Shown: positions 20,501 through 27,568, numbered from the stretch's first letter. The stretch is DNA of 59,753 nt from a virus (IMGVR_UViG_3300016484_000665:1-59753), one strand, 5' to 3'. Notes: generated from the letters alone by a model not told the origin. Numbers and translations are program-made.

Positions 20501-23500
20501 GGGCAATGAGCGCTTCGGGTTCTTCTCCTGCCACTCCTGTGCACGCTTGAGCCAGTCCTCATAGTTCTGCCTGAATGGCGAGCGCATGCGCGCCAGCGCA
20601 ACGGTGTGTTCCGGATGGTGGCTCATCGCGTAGTGCGTGAGGATCTTTGCGGTGTAATCGCCCGCCTCATTGCGCATGAGGTAATGCGCCTCGTCGTAGA
20701 TCAGCGCATCAAATCGACGGTCGGCCAGTGTCGGATTGGCCGAATACGCCGCATAGGTGGTAATCGCCACTTCCCGTGTGCCGGGCGTTTTCGTATCGGG
20801 CAGGACTTCCGCGTCCAGGTCGAAGAAATTCACCGCCTCGCGCTGGAAGACGGACGCCATTGTCTGCGAGTTCACCACGATCAGTGCGTTGCGCGCTTCG
20901 CCACGCTGGAACAACCGCTTCAGGATCCCGAGAGACGAGAAGGTCTTTCCGGTACCGGTGCCGTTGGTGATCAGAACGCCGCGCAGATCCGGCTGGCTTT
21001 GCCACCAGCTTTCAGCCCGGGCGACATCATCCACCTGGCCGGGCAGGAGTGCGGGCACCGATGCGGCAATGTTCTGCGCATCGGCCGCTATCGGGGCTAC
21101 ATTGCGGTCAGCGCGCTTTTGTCGCTCGCGGGGGGTGAGTCCATCGTCGAGGGTATCGGCAGTTCCGGTTGTTCCGTCGCGTCCTGCTCCACCCTCGTCA
21201 GGAGATTCAGCAGCATCCGTTCTTCGTCCGGACTCGGGCGATAGTCCCTCTGCGCCAACATCATCGCGTGTTCCGGTGAGTCGATCAGTGGTAGTGCCGT
21301 CATCAGGCCCGAATGACCCGTCTGGGCGATATATGTCTGTATCGCTTCCCGTTCCACCATCAGCGGGGCGAGTATCTGGTACGCCACTGCCACCTTCGGT
21401 GTTGCTCCCTGCTCCTCGAGGGCCTGCGCCTGGCGATCCAGAACCGCCGACATTTGGTCGGCCGGCAGGCGAAACAGTGCCGCCGCCCACGGGGTTCGCA
21501 GTGTCTGTGTCTGGGCGATCTTGTTCCAGATTTCCGGTGGCACCTGAAGCATTGCGCTCCTCCTGGTATCGGGCTTCATGATCCGCGTTGTTGCCGATCA
21601 GCAGCGCAAGGCGTTCCTGATACGGCTTTGCAGACGGATGCTGCGCAGACGAATTCTCATACCAGCGCCGGGCACTCGCAAATTCATCGTAGTTCGCGTG
21701 GCGCATGAACCACGGCGTCTGATCCGCAGACGAGTACGCCTTCTGAAAAGCATCGACCAGCGGTTCCTGCTCGCTCCACGGCGCATTGATCAGGCCGGCA
21801 GCCTTCATCCGCTCATTGAAGGCGGCATTTGATCGCGCGGTAGCAGAGCCCGTGCCGGTGGCCCATTGCTCCCAGCCGAGCGTTGCGGCATCGGTGGTGG
21901 TGAAGGTCTGAGTTACAGGATTGGCACCTGCGTCAATTTCAGCCGTCAGGCCAGCATCCGGCGCGCGACCCGCCCGGATGTTGGCCGCCACTTTTTCAAT
22001 GACGTCCGGCCCGTCCATTTCCTCGACCAGATCCGACATTGTTGGATCCAGCCTGACGTTGCTGTAGGCGCCGGGCACGTAGGGCGCGATCCACTGCCCG
22101 ACCTCAGCAACCATCCGCTTCACAACCTGGGTCAGCTTTCGCGCGCCCGCTTCCACGTGGAATGCCACGCGCTCAAACACGAGTGTTGCAAGCTCCGGGT
22201 CGAAGCCGACGTTCGCCTGCGAGCCCTTTTGGCGCAGCTTCTCGAGTGCGGCATCAGCCCGCGCCTTCGGGAATCGGGTGTTCGTTGCACCCCATTCAGC
22301 GGATGACGCTGTGCTGTGCAGAGCGTCATCCGTTCCCTGCAGACGGTCTTCCGGTGGCGCTGTTTGTGTGGTAGGCGCTGGTGCGGGCGCAGGCTGGCCA
22401 CTGGACGTGAGCAGATCGCCCTGTTCAGCTTCCGGTGCCGTCTGCGATTCCGGACGCTGGCGTAGCAGATCTACCGGCGTAACCTCGAGCTCATTGCCGA
22501 ACAGCCCGCCCTGCGCGGTCGATTGGTTCCGTGCATTGCGTATGTAGTTCTGCAGGTACTCGATTACGCGCGGAGCGCCCAGCGCGCGACCAAGCAGACC
22601 GACCTTGGATTCGGTGTACAGATTCCGCGTGATCGCTCGCGCACCATCCGACATCCCGCCGAACATATCGCCCTGTGCCAACAGGTCATTGATGTTCAGA
22701 CCTTCCCGGCGAGCCTTGGCTACCGTGTCGATCGCCTCGAGCAGCGCATCGGTGACGTCGAATTGCGCAGGGATATCGCCCTGCGCAATGTCCTGCCGCA
22801 GCAGCGCCCAGGTCGGGGCCATGTCCGTCAGCACGCTCGACAGCGCGCGCGTCTCGTCATCCGTAGACTCGGTGAGCGTCTTGATGCGCTCATTGCTGCG
22901 CTCCGTGCGACCGTACGCCACCTCAAGCAGCGCATTGCGGATACGCAGCACACCACCGACAGACAGTGCACCATCGTCCTGCATGTACTCGGAGCGCAGC
23001 GGTGCCGGTACCTTCGCCACGTACGCGCGCACGAAATCCTGATTCGGCGTTGCCGATATCGCCGCGCCGGGCGCATACAGGGACAGCACTTCGGGTGTCA
23101 GGATCTTGGCGCCGCGCTTTGCCTCTTCGGACGCGCTCATGCGCTTCGTTGCATCGACGTTCGCTTCGTCGGTGAACGCAACCAGATCCTCATCGCTCAT
23201 GTCATCCACGCGACGACGGATCAGCACCGGTGCGGTCATGCCCTCGATGTTGTAACCCTGTTCACGCAGGAATTGGCGGTACTGCTCTGCTCGCTCCGGA
23301 TGGTCCGCATAGATGCGGCGCAACGACATCACGCGGCCGTTGCCGCTTTCGACGAACAGCCGATCCTTTCCAACAATCGGCGCACCGCGGTCCGCTTCGG
23401 CGCTGGCGCCCAACCGTGCCGGATCGAAGTTCTTGATGATTTCGCGTATCTGATCGTCACTGTCAGCGCGGCTGCGGTCACGCGGCTGTAACCGCGCAGG

Positions 23501-25720
23501 GAATTGCGGGTTATCGCTGGTGATCAGCTCATCAAGCTCGCGCAACTCGAACTGAACCCCGATCTTCCGGCCAGTGTGAGTGCTTACTACGTCCGCAGCC
23601 TGCGTCGGAGCTGTTACCGGAGAAACAGGTGTAACGGTTTCAGGGGTTTCAGGGGTTTCAGGGGTAACGGTTCTACCCGTTTCCGCGCCAGGCTCCTCCG
23701 GTTGTCTCGTGGTCGGCGTAAGCGGTGGCGTAGGCGCTGCAGTTGCTTCACCACGAATGCGATCAACCAGCGGTGCGGGGGTTCCTTTCGGTGGCGTGGT
23801 GCTGGGTGTGGCGCCCAGCGTCGGGATCTCCTGGCCCGGCTTGAGCAGGGGAATCGCGGTCACATCTTCGTTGCGACCCGCCGCCTCAAGCGAATCGAAC
23901 ACCAGCACCTGACCTTCAAGGCCTGTGCGCAGGTTCCGGTACTTCTCACCGGTACCCTTCCGCACGTAGCCGATGGTGATGTGCGGCTTGTAATCCGGGT
24001 AGGTCTGCTCATTCGGAAGCGAATCGCGAATCCGTTCATGCAGGTTCTGCAGTTCCTGCGACTGCAGGCGCTGCACGATGACGTCAGAATCCTCGCCCTC
24101 GAATATCTCGATGCCACCCACCGTGGCTTGCACCTCACCCGCATCAGCCAGCACGCCGCGTAGCTTGCGCGCCAGCTCCGGGCTGGATTCTTCTTCGCCG
24201 AGCTCGAGCCCGTAGAGAATCGTCACATGCGGTCGGTCTTCCAGGCCGCCCTCTGCCAGATCATTCGGATCGATCTGTGATGCGCCGGCCTGCTTGATCA
24301 GCCGGGACTGTTCCTCGTTCAGCGCGAATTGTGTGGATCCGCGCTCATGCGTCGGGGTGCCCTCCGGCTGCGTGGCCTCAATGGCCCGATCAACCATTTC
24401 ATCGAGCTTCGCTTGATCGAGTATCCGCTTGACGGCCGACTCACCGTCAGCAGGGGGCGGCATGTTGCCTGAATCATCCGGCGTAGCGCCGGCGCCGTAG
24501 ACAAAGTCCCGCGCGATGCGCAGCGCCTCTTCATCGGACTCCGACTGCAGGATTTTCCGTGTCGCCTGTTCTGCCTCATCGGGCAGCGGATCCGCTTCGC
24601 CCCTCTCGCCCATGCTGGCCAGCGCACCGAACGGCGCTGCGGCTGCACCCAAGCCCGCGGCTTCGCCGACACCTTCCCAGCGGTCTTTCGCTGTGTTGAT
24701 GGCCTGTTCTGCGCGGTTCGCAGCGTACTGTGCGCTGCCCTCTTCGGTGCCCTCCTGCAAACCCTCGCCAATGAGGCCGCGTACGCCGCGCGATACGATG
24801 CCGCCCGGCATCTTCACACCAGTGAACGCCTTTTCCAGCAGGTTTGCGCCGGGGAACATATTGGTCAGAAGGCTGACGTAGCTGGACAGCTTGGCCGCAT
24901 CGCGAGACAGATCGACCAGCACGCTTTCTCGGGCATCATCGAAGGACGCGCCCTGTTCCATCAGCTTCTTCACGTCCGGGTTGGCCGCCCACATTTCCAG
25001 CGGCAGGCCCCGGAGCTGGTCAATCGCCTGCTGGCCACCATCCGCGCCCTGCAGGATCGCGTTGACGCCCCATGCGGTGCCGGTACCGACTGTGCCCGCA
25101 ACGGCCTCCGTCGCGCCCAGACCGCGGGCAAGCTGCGCGCCTTTGCTCGCTGCGCCCAGACCGGGAACCAGCATCGGCACCTGCTCTGCGAGGAACGACG
25201 CCAGCAGTCGAGGTGACTTGTAGGTTTCCGACAGTGCCGCCCATGCGGCGGCCCATTCGCCGCCTTCTGCGCGCGCGCGCGCTACCGCATCAGCACGCCC
25301 CTGCTCGAGCGCTTTGAGCGCCTTGCTCTTGCGGTCGCCCCAATACTGGATGCCTCGTTCGCCCTGACGGGTCAGCCAGTTGTCCAGGTGACCGGAAGTC
25401 AGCCCGTATGCGGTGCCACCGAGTTGCAGCAGCGAGTTGCTGCCCTGCCCGAATCCTGCGACGAGATCACCGCCAATCTCGCTCGCCTCGTCCAGTGACG
25501 ACGGCAGAGCATCGAGGGCGGCTGCTATCGGGCGCAGTTGTGGCAGGACCTCGCCACCTCGCGCCAGGTTACGGCGCAGACGCTCTACCAGAGGGGAGGG
25601 TGTGTCCTCTTCGGCGGGTGCCGGCGCCGGCGTGGCAGGCGGCGATGCACCTACCGGGACGTCACCCGGAAACAGCGGTTGACCAACGGGGGTGTCGCCC
25701 GGGAACAGCGGCTGTGCCAC
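8594..25720 (-). CDS. Giant 5708-aa polyvalent (DarB/DdrB-like) internal virion protein
   Basis: Last gene of the ejection module; motifs HVT/HIT (2H), VESGNGR (DdrB-ParB), GTGTGKT/DEAH/SAT/QTEGRIYR (SF2), EPSAGHG/NPPF (N6A MTase), HNHPSG (JAB), ART-like blocks, HELWAH, LPD38-like C-terminus. Confidence 0.9.
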   Translation of the reverse strand: MAQPLFPGDTPVGQPLFPGDVPVGASPPATPAPAPAEEDTPSPLVERLRRNLARGGEVLPQLRPIAAALDALPSSLDEASEIGGDLVAGFGQGSNSLLQLGGTAYGLTSGHLDNWLTRQGERGIQYWGDRKSKALKALEQGRADAVARARAEGGEWAAAWAALSETYKSPRLLASFLAEQVPMLVPGLGAASKGAQLARGLGATEAVAGTVGTGTAWGVNAILQGADGGQQAIDQLRGLPLEMWAANPDVKKLMEQGASFDDARESVLVDLSRDAAKLSSYVSLLTNMFPGANLLEKAFTGVKMPGGIVSRGVRGLIGEGLQEGTEEGSAQYAANRAEQAINTAKDRWEGVGEAAGLGAAAAPFGALASMGERGEADPLPDEAEQATRKILQSESDEEALRIARDFVYGAGATPDDSGNMPPPADGESAVKRILDQAKLDEMVDRAIEATQPEGTPTHERGSTQFALNEEQSRLIKQAGASQIDPNDLAEGGLEDRPHVTILYGLELGEEESSPELARKLRGVLADAGEVQATVGGIEIFEGEDSDVIVQRLQSQELQNLHERIRDSLPNEQTYPDYKPHITIGYVRKGTGEKYRNLRTGLEGQVLVFDSLEAAGRNEDVTAIPLLKPGQEIPTLGATPSTTPPKGTPAPLVDRIRGEATAAPTPPLTPTTRQPEEPGAETGRTVTPETPETPETVTPVSPVTAPTQAADVVSTHTGRKIGVQFELRELDELITSDNPQFPARLQPRDRSRADSDDQIREIIKNFDPARLGASAEADRGAPIVGKDRLFVESGNGRVMSLRRIYADHPERAEQYRQFLREQGYNIEGMTAPVLIRRRVDDMSDEDLVAFTDEANVDATKRMSASEEAKRGAKILTPEVLSLYAPGAAISATPNQDFVRAYVAKVPAPLRSEYMQDDGALSVGGVLRIRNALLEVAYGRTERSNERIKTLTESTDDETRALSSVLTDMAPTWALLRQDIAQGDIPAQFDVTDALLEAIDTVAKARREGLNINDLLAQGDMFGGMSDGARAITRNLYTESKVGLLGRALGAPRVIEYLQNYIRNARNQSTAQGGLFGNELEVTPVDLLRQRPESQTAPEAEQGDLLTSSGQPAPAPAPTTQTAPPEDRLQGTDDALHSTASSAEWGATNTRFPKARADAALEKLRQKGSQANVGFDPELATLVFERVAFHVEAGARKLTQVVKRMVAEVGQWIAPYVPGAYSNVRLDPTMSDLVEEMDGPDVIEKVAANIRAGRAPDAGLTAEIDAGANPVTQTFTTTDAATLGWEQWATGTGSATARSNAAFNERMKAAGLINAPWSEQEPLVDAFQKAYSSADQTPWFMRHANYDEFASARRWYENSSAQHPSAKPYQERLALLIGNNADHEARYQEERNASGATGNLEQDRPDTDTANPVGGGTVSPAGRPNVGGSGSPGAGPRGAGSNTEGGSGVPDTRPADGGTGSDTDIYRPDGSFGPDDGTTTDRLTGTRDDVGAEGLSPESGRRTDAAESPDEGGAGRDGTTGTADTLDDGLTPRERQKRADRNVAPIAADAQNIAASVPALLPGQVDDVARAESWWQSQPDLRGVLITNGTGTGKTFSSLGILKRLFQRGEARNALIVVNSQTMASVFQREAVNFFDLDAEVLPDTKTPGTREVAITTYAAYSANPTLADRRFDALIYDEAHYLMRNEAGDYTAKILTHYAMSHHPEHTVALARMRSPFRQNYEDWLKRAQEWQEKNPKRSLPDELTREQRALADAERAEGDRIYNEERRPHVVFLSATPLAHHKNLQLLDQTVLAFGKPGKRSEGQSGAYNAGNEYQKYLMTHLGYRMRTGKLTQPESGVDRSLMERAWHEHLKAQNAIISRMLDVPFDYSRVFHRYENSLGEAIDAGMWWIRGYERDPETRRLDRIDNGLSNEAKEFFRKKWDYLFLMTLIEGLNADESVRRAKLHVAMGRKVVAFHRYITREPSHPFRIKPGYFDESERWIDPDGGLITALGQRVQGGPNALRAEIEGLRGLRPDLYNLPLTGIRNPVEAFQEAFGTTVAIYNGKVSKAKRLAAIRNFNTDGGPVSVFLAQITAGREGVSLHDVTGKHQRVVIQVGLPTEPIDLIQTEGRIYRVGVKSNAIYEMLRTGLSYEDKAFAQTIAQRSSTVENMAMGDQARSLLDSIVDAYVNAEPGIDPNPDQGTGGKQRDQAVAINAWDMAKTAYWSNRKGRQNDIGRDYFPTPEPLGLKMVEWAELAAGEKALEPSAGHGAIARWFPRSTANTYIELEDELADKVQIRAPQGNVRVMDFMDLPPMNKFHAIVMNPPFGLGGSDALPHMRKAAERHLYPGGRLVAIYPAGQMADKRLEKWLYEDDMAKDLHTRLNMLLPSVTFGRAGTGVMTRVLVIDYLPPKYFPSPDTQQSNRDLTYIEDINALFDVIQDMGVPRRNILAEPVGMEDAPSIIDNNDLTAIPTDVPARQAAPDAPAETPEPAGLAQPHNQKHTRTGEDQWLATLSRDLPDDQYKQVSEMAKDLGGYWSRYANRSAGVKKGFAFPTEEKRNLFIARVNRDTNLNEDRPAYDPAPGIRYDAELSDGLAEVFARRGKYPNPQQLELLIDMPEQHETRQGPPAALERAQDRADDAIRELWRSRSYAGRAMARDLAQRQRTMLVGQTIRSATDLATIAQVYRDPRFETARWIFTDDNGRILLQYAATTRSPGSAAMLVTVNEIAAPLMDIASIASGAGATQAWLMHNHPSGDPTPSEADISTTAGIALALFETVGLNGKPLLQFRGHVVIDTDRYGFIDETGKADLYQYAARRPETERPTFSDVGRLASNVAVDAIRSKMDVMTLYRKSREIQENGIYATALMVDSKHQVLAVVPFDFDPTQISRKALRAMMTRYAIATNAAAAFVHASNASVATRFIAAKVAIDVVWTSATGRIESMLSNGSSATYLRDKDRMPRLAPATSPEFADLPALEFTRNAWRNYLRIKRSGRNDFREGEYDYRGGHRATGDEGAPAHNLTHNGIYPDDFYTGLWHHYISRHNVPEQESADIALSLKGRPNRPVKIYRAVPHTKSNAERAAILERQLALFMSRGLYPDNVDPERQDEWYRATKQEAERLRSEPGEPAARLKINPGDWVSISRAYAVEHGESEFGKGNYRVVSKTVRAKDIYTNGDSIAEWGYFPDDVTVRAPVTGYHGSPYTFSEFRTDRIGTGEGGQAFGWGLYFASLRDIAAHYRKSLSARQAQFGLDGVIQHPDDIFSALQDAVRVGSTLSRDDANTVALEVYAGLRDDSDIAGMEKFVRQSDWEADYKDAWLAGLAQAKKYTKTQPEGRIYTADLPDDDNMMLWDRPYGDQPEAVRAAIRVAVIKESEPSDSKWLATLNGLSIDGFGTKKAAQHYIDTATLGEMYQGLSAGRGQRGASEFLLASGVRGIKYLDGTSRSAGEGSFNYVVFDEADIAITDIDVRSIVAAYDPQPNTDSTGRPVHPTPDGVKEFWRWFQRSAVTDNDGAPLVVYHSTRNTFDSFTQTSDIGWHFGTLEQAENRLRNTSSKQLIGENILPVYLSIQNPMRLNDMGTWEQKDIVAGMTIAGVDFSDMDEAVRRTLFEDGKEIDRDAFVRLLESKGYDGIVYRNEEEGSGDSYIALRPEQIKSAVGNRGTFDPNDSRIQFAITSTPIGLWSGLERAALALKQERGSPAQMLGALMKANGVKREEIAFTGLEEYLAAFEGRPVTRAQLLEFVRGHGVKVEVVTLKDDFNDPDEDPASRADGAKRYEDPVTRLELEELLDIADTEGNVELFELMTAALEGDRDALDEAEEIVRTNRENSEADEDENEGIYTQFAGHGAITVMPPQPDSPAARLVSESKHQIAAAMNYREHLIRLPVGTPTDATVNAVGDSESSRVSIANHWDHVASNVMSHIRTTDRALQVGGVRLNALVSEEIQSDWHQQARARDAVMRTPAMQLDENLRGVQPRLSLPGEDTDAGRAIKTAQDAMVAARDPLMATLFDQFASDTKAQRLAKEAGVPLQQWWDAVGVVKRLEDAVLEMRDVPPTYAWASEIEARREITPNHFYKDMWESLGDVIDNIRADERIKEQSLAWRSSLLAYRQMVDDATQHPERRLKDAQTASNSLSVDVTSALRSWAFSQTTLPLGRFQRLWDGYDIPGMLRNQLIEKPDLSPSEAWTQEIDKQLGATTDADAQQMLSALRETIRLQFKDGSFARDVNKWRTAIGEHQRALRAYSDYLKTGQKPFTERMQDAARKSARADETKLRLQREEAETALEVLQEQIRERWKDLRATLLGVMDPGVTGNKLLSSLMGLSDAYEPFVARRTSEFAQAFARDPALFLAAQMRTNGSDDQIYTTTDEADRVRGWARIVEATPAIREIAHDLAALHARAVSLNNAIAPTEDIQWLSAAPFAGNGWVELSMKHLIRTAVLEGKDAVALTGGLVHAMRWHADGQKIAVVDQLIVERDESNERVHISFSRLGSDEGGPLNDAPPDWSQGRVTFVPSPDGADLVALNVDNSTKYLRLSELVGTDTVAKILANQESKFVVTPPAPAVIGTSPFFAAYDGVHRNTLKAVAQRLDKSARIETTEMESLIEYGDGDTTKLPLHVLRITDQMRARVLGEGLSLFDRTNTLPASAPDPLAALPNPIPRNVLDAFLAGVRMPEGVNLNLLNASAIPEEIARQQPAGRWARAWTIDGDVNIVVDRVQSLRDLQKLVAHELWAHVGGNAVVGDKWATVVEGYERLKKLRGKTFDSIHAEVMFRYGRLSPVEEVKEFIAVMAERRVDEGPLARWWRQVQEFVVRGLRAMGMTRPMGLADLNIILSAGRAYIDGTSFYDRRRGAQASTLSFSLDDEFEPHERPLVQQIGMGFQGGLRGLRARMYNQWRLFQGRRWDYTRQAVLDQYNSFRKVLNDPRSWKLANLAAGTLSALEAALTRGRLYLENDVLKVHTNMPSLQDILEPLGRDVNRFLAWVAAHRAERLKAEGRENLFEDHHIAAFQLFNQPGTPGTVTYRPDRPEIFATALRELEQWQASIVQVGVDTGLINDEEAELWRTQGWYVPFYRVLEDEQDDTGPRISLNELARQTAYRRLRGGVDQLDDLFVNFLGNANHIIAASMRNHAARAALATATQVRNQSGQPIATRIHPPYGGVPRGAIWVRNNGRPEWYQLDHTDPESNLVLESLLSINWQGMNGIVGATLRKAKRMLTYGVTADPNFKIANGVRDTLAAIAITGLSPMFWRNIASGWRATRDDGTDKADMLASGAIFAESGYIHGADPDEMRFWIERNHPNYGQVRATANPFMDAARALGHGLMLGWEAYQDFGARLENINRAAEWVRLQEAGASDLDAAFAARDFLDFSRMGGNETVRWLTQSVPFLNARLQGLDKLGRSAVDPAQRARFHTTWAIYSALSVLLYLLIKDDDEYKRLEQWKRDANHYFRLWPGSPLFKIPRPFEVGAIAMLFERATEQWVDASATPRLFRERLTHALLDTFAMNPTPAALRPLLEINGDLNWFTGRPIEGDELKEVRAPLAYQPWTGTTVKGASAAIYGATGGLVDPSPVQIEHMVRGYFGWLGTTAIAAADAIIDGFTGAPEKPAGHFSDSVIARRFMETTPQRNTRAQTEFYDMLNAVQEAAFSAARKRKLEGRAASKAYVAEQGDEEAIRLLPRMRTTARRLAARRARIDRITNDPNLSAEEKQQQIDALLIKQDETAARAVERIPMDVRESLI
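21097..21552 (-). CDS. Overprinted nested gene (151 aa) inside the giant gene
   Basis: AGGAGG (21564-21559), 6-nt spacer, ATG 21552; mostly G/C-ending codons; helical, globular-looking sequence. Confidence 0.7.
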   Translation of the reverse strand: MLQVPPEIWNKIAQTQTLRTPWAAALFRLPADQMSAVLDRQAQALEEQGATPKVAVAYQILAPLMVEREAIQTYIAQTGHSGLMTALPLIDSPEHAMMLAQRDYRPSPDEERMLLNLLTRVEQDATEQPELPIPSTMDSPPASDKSALTAM

Positions 25721-25736
25721 TCAATCACTCCTGTCG

Positions 25737-26861
25737 TTACCGACCACCGGCCATCCGGTAGACCTTGTTGTTCATGATGAAGTAATCGCCCGGCCTCATC
25801 ATTTCGAAATCGGCATCGCCACTCGGACGCCACGGATTTCGGACGCTTCCATCCCGCGCTGCGCGATCGATATCGCCCGGCACACTTTCGGACACAACGA
25901 CAGCGCCAGGCTTCATTGCCGGTCGCGCCTCGTCAGGATCCAGCGCGGGGTCGCCCCTGCCGCCACCGCCGCCACCGCCACCGCCGCCACCGCCGCCATT
26001 GTAGGTGTAGGTCAGACCATCAAGCGGGCTCACGTATACGTCGCCCTTTTTCATGCCAAGGCTTGCTGCCTCATCAGCACTCTTCGGCATGAACGGATTG
26101 CCAGACGTGCCAAGCGCCGCATTCGAATCTCGGGGCACAGTTGTCGTGCTCGAGCGTGCGGGCTCTGCACCTGGTGACGACTTCACAATCTCACCGTTCA
26201 CGATACGGAACGTATCGACCAGGTCAGATCCTTCGAAGACCGCGGTACTCATCGGCACGCCATCTTCATCCCGAATGGTGTGTGCGGTGATTTTCTTCTC
26301 GTACTTGTTCAGCAGCCGCCACGCATCCATTGCCGCCTCACGCTGATCTGCCGGCGCGTTGACGTCGCTGATGATCGTGTTGAGCTTCCGCATTTCGTCG
26401 GCGGCCTGCGAATTCTTGATTGCCTCCTGCAGCGAAATGCCCTTCGACATGTTGTCGAGCAGATTGCCGAGCTTCTGCATTTTCAGCGTGCTCTGCGCGA
26501 TATCGAGTTGCGCCTTACGCGCATCGTCCTCGGATTCGAATGAGAGCTTCTGCAGGTCGAGTTGTGCCTTACGGTAAGACGCTGTGTTCGCCTGTTCCGT
26601 CTCCTGCAGTTTCATGCGGCGATCTTCGAGCGTGGCCTGGAAGTCGCGGTTCGCCTTGCCTTCTTGCTGCTGGAATTCCTGACTCTGCGTCTGTAGGCGT
26701 TCCTGGAACGACTGCTGCTGCGTCTGCAATTGCTGCTGCATTTCCGCCAGTCGCGTATCGCGCTGTGCCTGCAGACGGGACTGCACGTGCATCGCGACGA
26801 ACGGCTGCGCAGACTCCGTGGTTTTCTTCAGTGCATAGCCGAGCTTCTTGACCAGACTCAT
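25737..26861 (-). CDS. Probable ejection/internal virion protein
   Basis: Q-rich coiled coil, poly-Gly tract, position next to the giant gene. Confidence 0.6.
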   Translation of the reverse strand: MSLVKKLGYALKKTTESAQPFVAMHVQSRLQAQRDTRLAEMQQQLQTQQQSFQERLQTQSQEFQQQEGKANRDFQATLEDRRMKLQETEQANTASYRKAQLDLQKLSFESEDDARKAQLDIAQSTLKMQKLGNLLDNMSKGISLQEAIKNSQAADEMRKLNTIISDVNAPADQREAAMDAWRLLNKYEKKITAHTIRDEDGVPMSTAVFEGSDLVDTFRIVNGEIVKSSPGAEPARSSTTTVPRDSNAALGTSGNPFMPKSADEAASLGMKKGDVYVSPLDGLTYTYNGGGGGGGGGGGGGRGDPALDPDEARPAMKPGAVVVSESVPGDIDRAARDGSVRNPWRPSGDADFEMMRPGDYFIMNNKVYRMAGGR

Positions 26862-27568
26862 GCTGCCTGCCCTCCTGATTGCGGCATCAGGTACCCCTCC
26901 TGTTCACCGCGGATCCGTTCGCCGACGTCCTCTGGCACATATCCGAGAACATCCTCCATGTCTTCCGGGGTCAGGCCCTCGTAATCGCCAACCAGCAGGA
27001 TGGCCGCCTGCCCGGCTTGGCCACCCAGCGGCCCCGACATGTCGGCCAATCCTGTCTTGTGAACGACGTCGATGACGTGTTCGGCAATCTCGCTGGCAAC
27101 CACCGCCCACAGTTCGGGCGGGATCTTGCCGGGTATCTGCTCATCGATCGTCGAATAAATCATGAGCGTGACAGTGGCCACTGCGCCGGCCGGGTCATCA
27201 CGTTCGGAGCCCAAAACATCGATCAGGTGCTTGGACATTTCCTGCGTCGCCGGCTGCTCCGGATCGCCCTGAAGCATCGACAAGGCGATCGCCATGATGG
27301 CGTCGTACTTCTTCTTCTCTTCGGGTGTCAGTTCCTCGAGGTCGGTATCTGGATCGAAAGGCTTCTCCGGCCACGGATCGCCTTCCTCCTCGCCCTCACC
27401 GCCCGCCATCGCGGGTTGTGGTGCAGCCTGCATGCCGCCCTGTGCAGCCGGCTGCGGAGCCTGAGCGGGTTGTGTCGAGTTCGCGCGGGATGCCTTCGCG
27501 GCTTCCTGAGCCCTCGCCGCCTGTGCGACATCCGAATCCATCAACGTCTCAATGAGTGACTTGCCCAC
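26858..27568 (-). CDS. Acidic protein in the internal-virion module
   Basis: 236 aa, tightly coupled to its neighbours. Confidence 0.6.
   Translation of the reverse strand: MGKSLIETLMDSDVAQAARAQEAAKASRANSTQPAQAPQPAAQGGMQAAPQPAMAGGEGEEEGDPWPEKPFDPDTDLEELTPEEKKKYDAIMAIALSMLQGDPEQPATQEMSKHLIDVLGSERDDPAGAVATVTLMIYSTIDEQIPGKIPPELWAVVASEIAEHVIDVVHKTGLADMSGPLGGQAGQAAILLVGDYEGLTPEDMEDVLGYVPEDVGERIRGEQEGYLMPQSGGQAA

Noticed and set aside
23630-23670. GGTTTCAGG x3 repeat as a regulatory or CRISPR-like repeat
   Set aside because: In-frame 9-bp repeat encoding a TPE linker, with no spacers.
8661-25777. Many long + strand ORFs antisense to the giant gene (e.g. 9662..10678, 14030..15136, 16670..17836)
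   Set aside because: Typical shadow ORFs of GC-rich coding DNA, with no recognisable motifs or protein-like composition.
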